Position numbers and translations under genes: made by a program
Shown here: in pieces, positions 30,739 to 41,147 of the stretch
Numbering within the stretch: position 1 is the first letter of the stretch
Layout: each line of letters begins with the position of its first letter
From: Sulfurimonas sp.
GTDB lineage: Bacteria; Campylobacterota; Campylobacteria; Campylobacterales; Sulfurimonadaceae
Assembly: GCA_027448805.1 (NCBI GenBank)
Contig: DAIDMU010000121.1
Coordinates: 7,736-71,735, forward strand
Length of the DNA: 64,000 nucleotides
Direction of reading: 5' to 3'
Notes under the pieces: generated by a model
Database searches by the model: none
What the model was told of the DNA's origin: nothing
What the model saw: only the letters and a program-made list of their open reading frames with translations

Positions 30739-33300
30739 CTAAAAGTTCAATATTTTACTTACAATCTCATATACATTTTTTGAAATAGACGGCTCAGCTA
30801 TTATCCTCTCAAGCTCGGCTTTCATCAACTTTTTGTTTTTATCGTTTAATTTCTCATATATCTTAAATGCTCCGGCAAGTCCAGAAGCTATCTGCGGATT
30901 TATCTTGTCGATGTCTATGATTTTATCTGCCACGAACTTGTAGCCGTATCCGTCTTTTGAATGAAAATGTTTGTAGTTTCTTGCAAAAACACCTATAAGA
31001 GAGCGGACAAGATTTGGCACGAGCTCATTATATGCCCCGTCATGCTCAAGCGCCATAACGCGGTCAAGCGTGCCGTTTCTGTGTGATGCCGCCAAGATTG
31101 AGAAGTATTTGTTCATAACCAAACTATTCTCTTTGTACTTTTTGTAAAAATGCTCTAACGCAACAGCCGAAAACTCTGGCGATGTGTTTTCCAAAACATC
31201 AAGAGCAGCTATCCTGTCGGTCATAGTTATAGAGCTGTTGTACTGAACATTTGCCATTGCAATAATATCATCGCTCTCTAAAGAGGAGAGGAGCTTTAGA
31301 ACACGGTTTTTGAGGCTTCTTTCACCTATGCTTTTTGCATCAAGCTCTTTACATGCAGGTCTGTGATTTTGGGTGTAAATTTCTAAAAGCTTATCTTTAA
31401 AAGCAACTGCAAGATGTTTCTGTAACTTCTCTTTTGCCTCATAAATCGGCTCAAAATCAACCACTTCTTGCCTTTGCATAATCGCAGTTACACTTGGCAG
31501 TTCCATAAGAAGCGCTTTAAACGAGAGGTCCAGCTTATCATCATCCAAAACATGCCCGTAAGCTTTTACAAACTCCTCGTCTATCTCTTCGCCCCTCATC
31601 AAAGCTTCTATTGTTGCAACACCAAAAGATTGAGCGGACTCATACTTAACAAAACTGTTTTTATCATGCTTCATTAAAAACGCGTAATTATTGTGACTCT
31701 GCTCAATAATTACCGGAGCAGAAAAGTCTCTGTTTATCGATAAAACAGGCTTTTTGCCCACCTTAAAAACAAAATCCTCGCTCTCTTTTGAAACTGTGAG
31801 TGTTTTTGCTTCTATCTCTTTGCCGTCCTCATCCAAAAGAGCCATTTTCAGAGGGAAAAAGTAGGGCTTTTGCTCGCTTCCATCGACTGCTTTTGGAACT
31901 ATCTGCGTCAAAGTCAAAGTATATTTCCCGTCCTCAAACTTCTCGTCAACTTGGAGTTTTGGCGTGCCTGATTGATGGTACCATCTCTCAAACTGTTTCA
32001 AATCCACTCCGCCTGCTTTGCTCATTGCCCATAAAAAGTCATCAGTTCGCACCGCTTGGCCATCAAAACTATTGAAGTACAAATCAGTCGCTTTGCGGTA
32101 TTTTTCATCCCCCAAAAGAGTGTAAATCATGCGGATAACCTCAGCGCCCTTCTCATAAACAGTAGCAGTGTAGAAGTTGTTTATTGCCATATATGAGTTC
32201 GGCTGGATGGGATGAGCTGTCGGTGAACTGTCTTCAACAAACTGTCTCTCTCGCAAAGCTCTAACATCCTCTATGCGCTGTACCTCTTTTGAGTTTAAAT
32301 CTGCCGAGAAACATTGGTCGCGAAATACAGTCAACCCCTCTTTAAGTGTGAGCTGAAACCAGTCACGGCAAGTGATGCGGTTACCCGTCCAGTTGTGAAA
32401 ATATTCATGTGCAATAACGCTCTGAATTCCCATAAAATTGGCATCAGTTGCCGTGTCTTCGTCTGCTAAAACATAAGCGGAGTTAAAAATGTTTAACCCC
32501 TTGTTCTCCATCGCTCCCATGTTAAAACTATCAACCGCCACTATGTTATAAAGCTCTAAATCATACTCGCGTCCATACACCTCTTCATCCCACTTCATCG
32601 CCTCTTTAAGCGACTTCATCGCATGTTTGCACTTGGGCTCATTCCCTTTGTCTGTATAGATATTCATTCGCACATATTTGCCGCTTTTAGTTACAAACTT
32701 ATCCTCTATAACTCCCAAATCTCCCGCGACAAGCGCGAAAAGATATGAAGGTTTTGGATGCGGGTCAAACCATGTAATGCCATGTCTTCCGTCATCAAGC
32801 CTAAAGTTTGACTCTCTGTTTCCGTTGCTCAGCAAAATCGGGTAGCGCTCTTTGTCTGCCACAAGAGTTGTTTTAAACACCGCCATGACATCCGGACGGT
32901 CTATATACGGAGTTATGCGTCTAAACCCCTCCGGCTCGTTTTGCGTACAGAAGATGTTTCCCGACTTGTAAAGCCCCTCAAGCTCGCTGTTTAGCTGCGG
33001 ATAGATTTTGTTTATGATGATAAGTGTAAACTCATCGCCAACATCTAAAACAGTGAGCGTCTCTTTTGCTATGACATATCTGCTCTCAGAGAGCTTTGCG
33101 TCATTTAAATATATCTCGATTAGTTCCAAATCAATGCTGTTTAGTACCAAATCCTTTACGCTTTTATCCACTTTTGTGATGCTTAGGAGATTTGTAACCT
33201 GCGTATGCTCTTCAAAGAGTTCAAAAACCAAATCACATGTTTTAATGGTAAAGCTGCTCGGTTTATAATCTTTTAGGTAAATAGTTTCCACTTTGCTCAT
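30739..33300 (-). CDS. pepN: aminopeptidase N
   Basis: GAMEN, HEYFH-18-E, TVYEKGAE. Confidence 0.97.
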   Translation of the reverse strand: MSKVETIYLKDYKPSSFTIKTCDLVFELFEEHTQVTNLLSITKVDKSVKDLVLNSIDLELIEIYLNDAKLSESRYVIAKETLTVLDVGDEFTLIIINKIYPQLNSELEGLYKSGNIFCTQNEPEGFRRITPYIDRPDVMAVFKTTLVADKERYPILLSNGNRESNFRLDDGRHGITWFDPHPKPSYLFALVAGDLGVIEDKFVTKSGKYVRMNIYTDKGNEPKCKHAMKSLKEAMKWDEEVYGREYDLELYNIVAVDSFNMGAMENKGLNIFNSAYVLADEDTATDANFMGIQSVIAHEYFHNWTGNRITCRDWFQLTLKEGLTVFRDQCFSADLNSKEVQRIEDVRALRERQFVEDSSPTAHPIQPNSYMAINNFYTATVYEKGAEVIRMIYTLLGDEKYRKATDLYFNSFDGQAVRTDDFLWAMSKAGGVDLKQFERWYHQSGTPKLQVDEKFEDGKYTLTLTQIVPKAVDGSEQKPYFFPLKMALLDEDGKEIEAKTLTVSKESEDFVFKVGKKPVLSINRDFSAPVIIEQSHNNYAFLMKHDKNSFVKYESAQSFGVATIEALMRGEEIDEEFVKAYGHVLDDDKLDLSFKALLMELPSVTAIMQRQEVVDFEPIYEAKEKLQKHLAVAFKDKLLEIYTQNHRPACKELDAKSIGERSLKNRVLKLLSSLESDDIIAMANVQYNSSITMTDRIAALDVLENTSPEFSAVALEHFYKKYKENSLVMNKYFSILAASHRNGTLDRVMALEHDGAYNELVPNLVRSLIGVFARNYKHFHSKDGYGYKFVADKIIDIDKINPQIASGLAGAFKIYEKLNDKNKKLMKAELERIIAEPSISKNVYEIVSKILNF

Positions 33301-33325
33301 AACTTCTCTTCTTTTTATTTATCAC

Positions 33326-33443
33326 GTTAAATGAGCAATACCCAAAAGTGAGGGTACTCGAGCCCATTTAACTACGCTAGCCGCTGTGGCACTAAAGCTT
33401 GTCGCATAAAGCGACAGATAACTTCTTGCAGAACTGCAAGAAG
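33326..33443 (+). repeat. three-hairpin element containing copy 2 of the dispersed repeat (33374-33421)
   Basis: Hairpins at 33326-33372, TGTCGC-ATAAA-GCGACA, and CTTCTTGCAG-AA-CTGCAAGAAG. Confidence 0.65.
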
Positions 33444-33659
33444 CTTAATTTTTTTATAATAATAGCATAAGTGAGTTATTTGAGGCTTAAAGAGTTCTCT
33501 TTGGTTTATGAATAAATTTGGCAAAGAAGTCAATTTTTGAGTAAAACAGGGTGATGATTTGCAAAAAAAACATTTTTGTTTGAAAATTCTTTACCAAATA
33601 GTGCCAAGCCTTTTTCTGATTTAACTCTACTTAGCCAAGATGACTTAAAACTTCTTTTT

Positions 33660-33704
33660 TTCTATCTAACGGGCGGAACTTGTCTTAGTAGATTTTGTAA
33701 ATGA
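33660..33704 (+). pseudogene. possible remnant of an AbiEii-type nucleotidyltransferase toxin gene
   Basis: Short frame FYLTGGTCLSRF then stop; resembles the AbiEii N-terminal motif. Confidence 0.4.
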
Positions 33705-33873
33705 TATAGATGCAAGATATAAAGTGTTAACGGCAGAGTTAAAATAGGAATATGGCGTTTGTCATAAGCTCCTGAAAAAATGGTGTGAAAATATAAAGTG
33801 AACTAAACTAAAAGAGTATGGTGGTTGCAGTAAATTGGATTGTTAAAAAGCGCAGTGATTGCAATGTTTGAAG

Positions 33874-33948
33874 TGGTGACCCCGAGGAGAATCGAACTCC
33901 TGTAACATGGATGAAAACCATGGATCCTTACCGCTAGACGACGGGGCC
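33874..33948 (-). tRNA. tRNA-Glu(TTC)
   Basis: GGCCCCG...CGGGGTC-ACCA; anticodon arm CATGG-TTTTCAT-CCATG. Confidence 0.95.
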
Positions 33949-33959
33949 AAAAAACAAAA

Positions 33960-34035
33960 TGGTGTCCTGTGATGGATTCGAACCATCGGCCACCTCATTA
34001 AAAGTGAGATGCTCTACCAGCTGAGCTAACAAGAC
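33960..34035 (-). tRNA. tRNA-Lys(TTT)
   Basis: GTCTTGT...ACAGGAC-ACCA; anticodon loop CTTTTAA; GGTTCGAATCC. Confidence 0.95.
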
Positions 34036-34064
34036 GTTTACAAACATAGTGTTTGTGGACGCGA

Positions 34065-34093
34065 ATTATAGACAAATAGAGTGCATATGTCAA
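34065..34093 (-). promoter_or_regulatory. sigma70 promoter of the tRNA-Lys/Glu operon
   Basis: Perfect TTGACA-17 bp-TATAAT on the minus strand. Confidence 0.88.
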
Positions 34094-34209
34094 GAAAAAA
34101 AAAGCTAAATTTCCAAACTATGTTAAATTTGTTTTTCTAAGGCGCGGTTTATTTCTAATTTGTCTCTTTTTGGTTAAAATAGGGGCTATAAATTAGGATT
34201 TGCATTTAA

Positions 34210-35133
34210 ATGAACCATTACAGTTTCGAGTACTCATATTTGATTTTGCTGCTAATCCCGATACTCTACTGCCTTTACAGATGCAAGGAACATGTTAAAC
34301 CGAGATTTTTTGTGCATCTGCAATTCTTATCCGCAAAAAAAAATCTTCTAAAACTTGAGTGGATTGTAAAGATAGTTATCTTTACGCTTTTGTGCATCGC
34401 TTTAGCCTCTCCGATAGTAGTAGATAAATTAAATCCGCTAAACAGGCACGGTAAAGATATAGTTTTGGCAATAGATGCAAGCGGCTCCATGAACGCTTCC
34501 GGTTTTGATATGGAAGATGAGGTGAGCAACGGTGAGCGCCTTAGCAGGTTTGATATAACAAAGCTAATCGCAACCGAGTTTATACAAAAGAGAGAGAGTG
34601 ACAATCTCGGCATAGTTTTGTACGGGGATTTTGCTTTTATAGCCTCGCCGATTACATATGAAAAAAATATGGTTGTGGATATGTTAAGTTATCTTACTCA
34701 CGGCATGGCAGGGCAAAACACCGCCATAGGCGAAGCGGTAGCTATGAGCGTGCGGGCATTTAAGCACTCGAAGGCAAAGACGAAAATAATTATACTTCTT
34801 ACAGACGGCGAACACAACAGCGGCTCTATCTCGCCAAAAGATGCCATAAAATTAGCGCAGGATGAAAATATAAAAATATACTCGATAGGTATGGGAAACA
34901 AGGGCGAAGCGGATGAAGCGCTTTTGAGAAAGATTGCCGATGAGAGCGGCGGGGAGTTTTTTAGCGCAACTTCAGCAAAAGAGTTAAAAAGTGTCTATGA
35001 GAAGATTGACGAGCTTGAATCCTCAAAGATAAAAAGCAGAGAGTATCTGTTGAAAAATTACTACTACCATCTATTTTTGCTTCTTGCACTTCTCTTTTTG
35101 CTCTTTTTACTATACAGGGAGATTAGAAAATGA
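34210..35133 (+). CDS. BatA-like vWA protein (set 1)
   Basis: N-terminal TMs, ALASP, MIDAS DASGSM, TAIGEA, LLTDGE. Confidence 0.88.
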   Translation: MNHYSFEYSYLILLLIPILYCLYRCKEHVKPRFFVHLQFLSAKKNLLKLEWIVKIVIFTLLCIALASPIVVDKLNPLNRHGKDIVLAIDASGSMNASGFDMEDEVSNGERLSRFDITKLIATEFIQKRESDNLGIVLYGDFAFIASPITYEKNMVVDMLSYLTHGMAGQNTAIGEAVAMSVRAFKHSKAKTKIIILLTDGEHNSGSISPKDAIKLAQDENIKIYSIGMGNKGEADEALLRKIADESGGEFFSATSAKELKSVYEKIDELESSKIKSREYLLKNYYYHLFLLLALLFLLFLLYREIRK

Positions 35134-36554
35134 CGTTTTTATCTCCCTATTATCTCTGGCTTTTAGTACTGCTTCTGCTGCTTTTTATAAAAAAAGATTT
35201 CAGAGAGTTCAGGGTAAGTGCATACGGCTATATGTTGACTTTTGTTTTTATAGTTTTATCGCTTGCAAGGCCAGTTATAGAGCAGGAGCCGATAAAGTCG
35301 GAGCAGATTTTAAGCGATGTCGTTATCGGGGTTGACCTCTCATACTCTATGCAGGCATCAGATATTGAGCCTACAAGGTTGGCATATTCAAAAGAGATGT
35401 TAAAGCAGTTGGTTGAGGCAAAGCAAAAGAGCAGATTCGGGGTTTTGGGCTTTACGACAAACGCTATCGTGCTCTCGCCGCTAACCGAGGACAGAGAGCT
35501 TCTTTTGCATCTCTTTGGCTCGCTGAATGAAAAATTTATCATAACTCAGGGAAGTGACATTATGTCTGCGCTTAAACTCGCAAGAAAAATGTCCGGTTCA
35601 AAAAAAGTAACAGTTGTGCTCTTTAGCGACGGGGCTGATGAGCTCGGCTACGAGGCGGAGGCACATTTTGCCAAAGAGAATAACTTGAGAGTAAATATTT
35701 TTATGACCGCTTCTACGATGGGCGGAACTTTGAGACTTGAGAATGGAGAGCTGCTTAAAGATGAACTCGGCGACATTGTAGTGAGCCGTGAAAATAGTGC
35801 GGTAAAAGAGATTTCGGAGGCTACCGGCGGGATTTATACAAAAGATTTTAACGAACTGCTTGACGCTCTGGAGTCTCAAGAAACAAAAGATTACAAGGGT
35901 GAAGTGACGATTATCAGAAATATGGAGCTTTTTTATTACTTTATAGCGCTTGCTATCATTACATTTTTGGTAAGCGTGACGACGCTAAAGAGGTTTGTGG
36001 TGACGTTCTTGCTTTTTTTTGGGGTGCATTTGAGTGCCGGAGATAATATGGAGTTTTTCAATAAGGCGACAGAATATTACAGAAGCGGCGAGTATGAAAA
36101 GGCGCTGCAGAACTTTGAGATGGTAAAATCAGCCGATATGGAGATAAAATCTATAATCTACTACAATATCGGAAATTCGCTTGTGCGGCTGGGGCAGTTT
36201 GAAAAAGCGAGAGAGTCCTATCTAAAATCACTGACGCTACTCTACTCCAAAGAGGCTGATGAGAACTTGGAGTTTATACGAAATGTCGATGAGAAAAAAG
36301 AGATGAGCACTGGGAAACAGCAGGCAAAAGACAAATCCGCACTTGCAAAAAAAGAGTCCAGCGACAAGAAGCAAAAAGAGGGCGGTGGCTCAAATATGCA
36401 AGTAAGCGCAGAGGCCGGCTCAGGCGCTGATGAGGGCGGTAAAAAAACAAAATCGCAAAATCAGATAAATCTAGAGGGCGGCAATGCAAAGCTAAGCTCA
36501 AAACAGTATGAGCTGATAAACAAGAGGAGAGTAGATGAAAAAAAACCTTGGTAG
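35130..36554 (+). CDS. BatB/BatC-like vWA-TPR protein (set 1)
   Basis: SLARP, DLSYSM, TPR YYNIGNS, C-terminal EKKPW. Confidence 0.85.
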   Translation: MTFLSPYYLWLLVLLLLLFIKKDFREFRVSAYGYMLTFVFIVLSLARPVIEQEPIKSEQILSDVVIGVDLSYSMQASDIEPTRLAYSKEMLKQLVEAKQKSRFGVLGFTTNAIVLSPLTEDRELLLHLFGSLNEKFIITQGSDIMSALKLARKMSGSKKVTVVLFSDGADELGYEAEAHFAKENNLRVNIFMTASTMGGTLRLENGELLKDELGDIVVSRENSAVKEISEATGGIYTKDFNELLDALESQETKDYKGEVTIIRNMELFYYFIALAIITFLVSVTTLKRFVVTFLLFFGVHLSAGDNMEFFNKATEYYRSGEYEKALQNFEMVKSADMEIKSIIYYNIGNSLVRLGQFEKARESYLKSLTLLYSKEADENLEFIRNVDEKKEMSTGKQQAKDKSALAKKESSDKKQKEGGGSNMQVSAEAGSGADEGGKKTKSQNQINLEGGNAKLSSKQYELINKRRVDEKKPW

Positions 36555-37641
36555 AGCAGTTTTGGCGATGCTTATTTTTTTACATGTAGAAATTTTTGCC
36601 TCCACTTATACGTGGAGTGCTGTCTCCAATAAAACAACGGCTTACGTAAACGAACCTATATATCTGAAATATGTTTGTGAGTTTAGTGACAGTGCGGAAT
36701 TTTTTACAATCGATTTTAATATAGCCGGCGAGCATGAAAAATATCTGCTAAAAAATCTAAGAGAGAGTGAAAATATAGTAGGCGGAAAAAAAATAAGCAG
36801 TTACGAATTTGTGCTTTTTGCCAAAGAAGCAGGCAAAATAGAGCTTGATTTTGATGCCATAATGAAGCAGACAAACAAAGAGTCTGTTGAAAATATGGTA
36901 ATCGGAAGAGACAATATGAAAATAGGCGAGTTTGTAAAAAAAATAATAAAGCAGGAAGTTCTGACTCTGGATATAAAAGAGACAAACAGCACTATCGTTG
37001 GAGAACTTGGCGTAGAGATTAAAAAAAATGAGCCGCGTGTAAAAGCTTACGAGCCTTATCATATGCAGGTTGTTATTAAAGGAAGTGCCAATTTTGAAGC
37101 CATAAAACCCATAGCGTTTAAGATAGATGACGTGAAGATTTTTGCCGGAGAAGTTGAACGAAAACAGGAGCTTAGCGAAGATGGAGAGAGTGGAGAGTGG
37201 AGCCAGAAGTTTGCATTTGTGGCAAGCAAAGATTTTACGATTCCAAAGATAGAGATAGAGTACTTTAATTTAAAGACCCAAAAGATAGAGCGTCTCGCAC
37301 AAGAAGCACTAAACGTAAAAGTTGAGGGCGGCTTTAGCAAAGAGGAGCTGCTTGATAAGGCGGATAACGGCGGTTTTAAATTCAACTACTCTTATCTTTA
37401 CTACATTCTCACCTTTGTAGCCGGTTTTTTAGCTGCGAAGATAAAGATAAAAAAGAGAGTTATAAAGCTTAACGCAGAGGAAGAGTTTAGAAAAAAAATA
37501 GATGAAATAAAATCTCTAGATGAGTTGATGGTTCTACTGGCTCTGAGAGACTCTAAGAAGTATGAGCAGATAATTTTGGATATAGAGAGAAAAAAACTCA
37601 CATCGCTTAAAAGCGCGAAGAAGATGAGCAAGTTAATATGA
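36535..37641 (+). CDS. BatD-like protein (set 1)
   Basis: Signal peptide, beta-rich repeats, C-terminal TM; similar to 48747-50171; operon position. Confidence 0.7.
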   Translation: MKKNLGRAVLAMLIFLHVEIFASTYTWSAVSNKTTAYVNEPIYLKYVCEFSDSAEFFTIDFNIAGEHEKYLLKNLRESENIVGGKKISSYEFVLFAKEAGKIELDFDAIMKQTNKESVENMVIGRDNMKIGEFVKKIIKQEVLTLDIKETNSTIVGELGVEIKKNEPRVKAYEPYHMQVVIKGSANFEAIKPIAFKIDDVKIFAGEVERKQELSEDGESGEWSQKFAFVASKDFTIPKIEIEYFNLKTQKIERLAQEALNVKVEGGFSKEELLDKADNGGFKFNYSYLYYILTFVAGFLAAKIKIKKRVIKLNAEEEFRKKIDEIKSLDELMVLLALRDSKKYEQIILDIERKKLTSLKSAKKMSKLI

Positions 37642-37699
37642 TGTTAAATATTTTTTAACTAAAATTGTTTTTATGACAAGCTAAATTATAAGGCGAAAA

Positions 37700-38443
37700 G
37701 TGAGATATTTTTTAATTTTTGGTATATTTTTTTTAACTCTCGCTCTTGCAGATAAGAGCGTAGTAAAAACAGTTACTATAAACCAGATGCAGTATGCGCA
37801 AAAGTCGTTTTTGCAGGTAAAAGAGATTGCATTGCAAGAGGCAAAGAACGCTGCCGCAAAAGAGATTTATGGCGAGGTTGTAATCTCTGAGACGGTAACG
37901 GCAAACGGCAAGATTTTAGATGACGTTGTACGTGAACAATCAGGCGGCATTGTTCGCATAAAGGGCGAGCCTAAATTTAGAAACGGCGAGAATTTCGGAG
38001 ATATCGTAGTAACCATTGAGGCCTATGCGACTGATGAAGATTTGCAAAACAGGAGTGTGTTAAAAGCAAGCGCAGAACGCGAGGAGAGCCAGAACAACGG
38101 CGCAATCAAAAAGATTGAGCAGGTTAAACGCGGTTTTTACGGTATCTGGAGCGGATTTGCCATGAGAGGGAGCGGCGGAAGCGGTGATATTATGATTAAA
38201 ATAACCGACTCTGGGGAGGCGACTATAAACTATGACTCGCTACATTGCGGCGGCGAACTCATCATTCAAGAAAAAACGGCTGATTTGGTAAAATTTAAAG
38301 AGAAGCTTACCTATGGAGTGGATAAGTGTGTCGACAGACACTCTATCACTCTGAAAAAGCTAAGCAATACGCAGATGCTCTTTATGCAGTTTGACAAAGA
38401 TGAGAGAGAGGTTTCAAAAGGCACTCTCTACAGAGAAGAGTAG
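37700..38443 (+). CDS. secreted hypothetical protein
   Basis: Signal peptide (ALA|DK), 247-aa ORF. Confidence 0.65.
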   Translation: MRYFLIFGIFFLTLALADKSVVKTVTINQMQYAQKSFLQVKEIALQEAKNAAAKEIYGEVVISETVTANGKILDDVVREQSGGIVRIKGEPKFRNGENFGDIVVTIEAYATDEDLQNRSVLKASAEREESQNNGAIKKIEQVKRGFYGIWSGFAMRGSGGSGDIMIKITDSGEATINYDSLHCGGELIIQEKTADLVKFKEKLTYGVDKCVDRHSITLKKLSNTQMLFMQFDKDEREVSKGTLYREE

Positions 38444-38470
38444 TTACTGGTTTTTAAATTATGGAGCAAC

Positions 38471-39343
38471 ATGTATAAATTATTTCCGCTTGTTTTCGTA
38501 TGTCTCCTAGCAGGGTGTGCCATCTCGCCGGAGACTAAGACATCAGAAGAACTCCCATTTTGGGTTAACAATCCTCCGGAAATGCATGCCGTTGGTTCGA
38601 GCGACGTCAATTTTCAAGGCATTTATATGCAGCGGCTGGAGGCAATGAACAAGGCCAGAAGTGATTTGGCGCATAATTTGAAATCTTACATTACCTCACA
38701 ATTTGAAATCAGATCTAAATCATCTAACGAGAAGTTTTCAACTAACGTTTATGACAAAGTAAATGCATTGTCAGAGGTGTTCTTAAATGAGAGTTACCAA
38801 GTAGACGCATATATAGATTCAAAAAAAAGATTGTATTTACTGGTTGGGAGCCCAAAAGAGAGAATAAATAGTTTGATTGGCAGTAAAAACATTAATCCTG
38901 ACAAAATAGAGCTGCCGGTGCTAAAAACGGTTCCATTTGATAAAGAAAAGCTTGTGCAAAGCAGATGTTATGACTCTTATGTACTGCAAAGCCTAAACAC
39001 GCACTCAAATCTTTACCAAAACAGACCGGTCTGGTTTTTTAGGCCAAATCAAAATGGAGTTGTCGGAAGCATAGGAGTTGCAGAAAAAGAGGAGGGGAGA
39101 AACTTTTTAGAACAAAAAAGCGTCGCTCTCTCTCTTGCAAAATCATCCCTCGCAAAACGTCAAAAATCCCAAATTGCATCAGAGCATGAAGCGCTTAAAA
39201 TTGTACATGATGATATATCTGGAAAACTCTTTGAAACATCATCTATTCTCAGAAGTGAAACTAATTTGGATTATGTCGTAGAGAGAGATATTTGGTTGGA
39301 CCCGGATAGCTGCGAGCTTTATATCTGGGTTATCAAAAAATGA
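38471..39343 (+). CDS. LPP20-like lipoprotein with two similar modules
   Basis: Lipobox LAGC; PFWV...AMNKARSDLA and PVWF...ALSLAKSSLA. Confidence 0.7.
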   Translation: MYKLFPLVFVCLLAGCAISPETKTSEELPFWVNNPPEMHAVGSSDVNFQGIYMQRLEAMNKARSDLAHNLKSYITSQFEIRSKSSNEKFSTNVYDKVNALSEVFLNESYQVDAYIDSKKRLYLLVGSPKERINSLIGSKNINPDKIELPVLKTVPFDKEKLVQSRCYDSYVLQSLNTHSNLYQNRPVWFFRPNQNGVVGSIGVAEKEEGRNFLEQKSVALSLAKSSLAKRQKSQIASEHEALKIVHDDISGKLFETSSILRSETNLDYVVERDIWLDPDSCELYIWVIKK

Positions 39344-40731
39344 GCAGACTTTTAGGGCTTGCAAAATTTTTAACCGTTGCAGCGACTCTTCTTTTTGGCG
39401 GCTGTATGTCAAACTTGGCAAGTTCTGTCGGTGTAGATTTAAATAAAGAGTCAGAGCAGGAGAGGCTGTTTGCCCTTGGCGACTATGCGCCCTCGGCAGC
39501 TCTTGCAGATATAAATAAAAAAAGTATGCCCTCGATGTTAAGGGCAGGAAACGGCTACCTCTATGCAAATAATTATAAGAGCAGTATTTCTCTGCTTGAC
39601 GAGTCTGAGTCGGTTATTAAAAACCAGCATGAAAGCATAGTTGCAAGCACGTCGGCCGAATATATGGCTCAAGTGATGATAAATGATGCTGCAGTTGCTT
39701 ACCGTCCCTCAATCGCTGAAGCGATTATGGTAAATACATACAAATCTATTGATTATATGGCTCTTGGAAAGTTTGAAGAGGCGCGAGTTGAGTTAAACCG
39801 TGCCATTGAGAGGCAGCGACGCGCAAAAGAGACATATGCTGAGCTGATTGCAAAACAAAAAGATGTTATAGCCCAAAAAAGGCAGGAGAAGAAAACAGAG
39901 GGGTTTGACAGGACGATGAACAATCCGCAGATTAGGGATATAGTAAGACAGAACTACTCATCTTTAGAGCAGTTTGAGGCGTATCCTGATTTTATAAACC
40001 CGTTTACCACATATCTTGCAGGTCTCTTTTTCTTAATAGAGGGTGACTATGCAAAATCTTCATCGCTTCTAAAAGAGGCTTACGGGATGGTGCCGCAAAA
40101 CGAGACTCTAAAATCAGATTTTCTTATGGTTGAGGGTGCGCTTGAGGGAAATCCTCTCAAAGAGAGATATGTGTGGGTAATATATGAGAACGGGTTGGGT
40201 CCTGTAAAAAAAGAGTACAAGATAAATATTCCTATGTATATGGCTTCAAACAAAGTTTTCTATACGGGAATTGCGCTTCCAAAGATGGAACCGCGTCATC
40301 GGGCAACGCCGACTTTAGCGATATTTTCTGCCAATGAAGAGGTCGAGAATACATCTGTTGTGGGCGATATGGAGAGGGTAATACTCAGTGAATTTAGGTA
40401 TTCATACAATGATATCTTGACTCGGGCAGTCTTTTCAATGCTGCTTAAGACATATTCACAATATGAGGCAAGTGAGAAAAATCCATATTTCGGTTTGGCC
40501 ACTGCGGCGTTTCAACTCTTAACAACACATGCAGATAGAAGAATTTGGAGCACTCTGCCAAAAGATTTTCAGGTTGCAAAGGTTAAAATGCCAGATGACG
40601 GCAAGCTTCACTTAAGAGCAGGAGCGCAAAATATGGACGTAGAGCTTGGCTTGGGCGCAAGACACGCCATTGTTTACGTAAGATTGCCTACGGCTATGTC
40701 AAAACCCAGTGTATCTGTTATAAATTTTTAG
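39340..40731 (+). CDS. COG3014-like TPR lipoprotein
   Basis: Lipobox FGGC, ARVELNRA, ENGLGP, ADRRIWSTLP. Confidence 0.72.
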   Translation: MSRLLGLAKFLTVAATLLFGGCMSNLASSVGVDLNKESEQERLFALGDYAPSAALADINKKSMPSMLRAGNGYLYANNYKSSISLLDESESVIKNQHESIVASTSAEYMAQVMINDAAVAYRPSIAEAIMVNTYKSIDYMALGKFEEARVELNRAIERQRRAKETYAELIAKQKDVIAQKRQEKKTEGFDRTMNNPQIRDIVRQNYSSLEQFEAYPDFINPFTTYLAGLFFLIEGDYAKSSSLLKEAYGMVPQNETLKSDFLMVEGALEGNPLKERYVWVIYENGLGPVKKEYKINIPMYMASNKVFYTGIALPKMEPRHRATPTLAIFSANEEVENTSVVGDMERVILSEFRYSYNDILTRAVFSMLLKTYSQYEASEKNPYFGLATAAFQLLTTHADRRIWSTLPKDFQVAKVKMPDDGKLHLRAGAQNMDVELGLGARHAIVYVRLPTAMSKPSVSVINF

Positions 40732-40739
40732 GAGCATTT

Positions 40740-41147
40740 ATGAGATTAGTCGGATTAATTATGTTAACGCTTTTTGCGTTTATGGGATGCAGCAAATTGC
40801 CTGAACCAAACGACGCGATTGTAAAGGTCATTGGCGATTGTGGAAGCAGTGATATTGTCGTGAGCGATATCAAAGGGCGAAAGAGGGCTGATGGTTTTAT
40901 GCAGGCGCAGGTGGTAGGCGAAAATAGTTCGGGCAGTTATCAAAATCTAGAGTACCGCGTTGTCTGGCTTGATAGCGAAGGGTTCGCGATAGATACGGTT
41001 TTATCAAACTGGAACAGTGTTCCGGCTTATCCGAATCAGCCTTTTTACATCAACGCAACATCGCCAAATACAAAAGCGAAAACATTTCGCCTATATATCA
41101 AAAGAGATAAGGAAGTAATATGCGACAAACAATACGATGGACAATAA
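40740..41147 (+). CDS. YcfL/DUF1425-like lipoprotein
   Basis: Lipobox FMGC, LEYRVVWLDSEG, SPNTKA; directly upstream of the LpoB-like gene. Confidence 0.72.
   Translation: MRLVGLIMLTLFAFMGCSKLPEPNDAIVKVIGDCGSSDIVVSDIKGRKRADGFMQAQVVGENSSGSYQNLEYRVVWLDSEGFAIDTVLSNWNSVPAYPNQPFYINATSPNTKAKTFRLYIKRDKEVICDKQYDGQ

Noticed and set aside
33160-34210. Replication origin at the apparent skew switch
   Set aside because: No dnaA and no clustered DnaA boxes; only one near-match (TTATCCACT) inside pepN.
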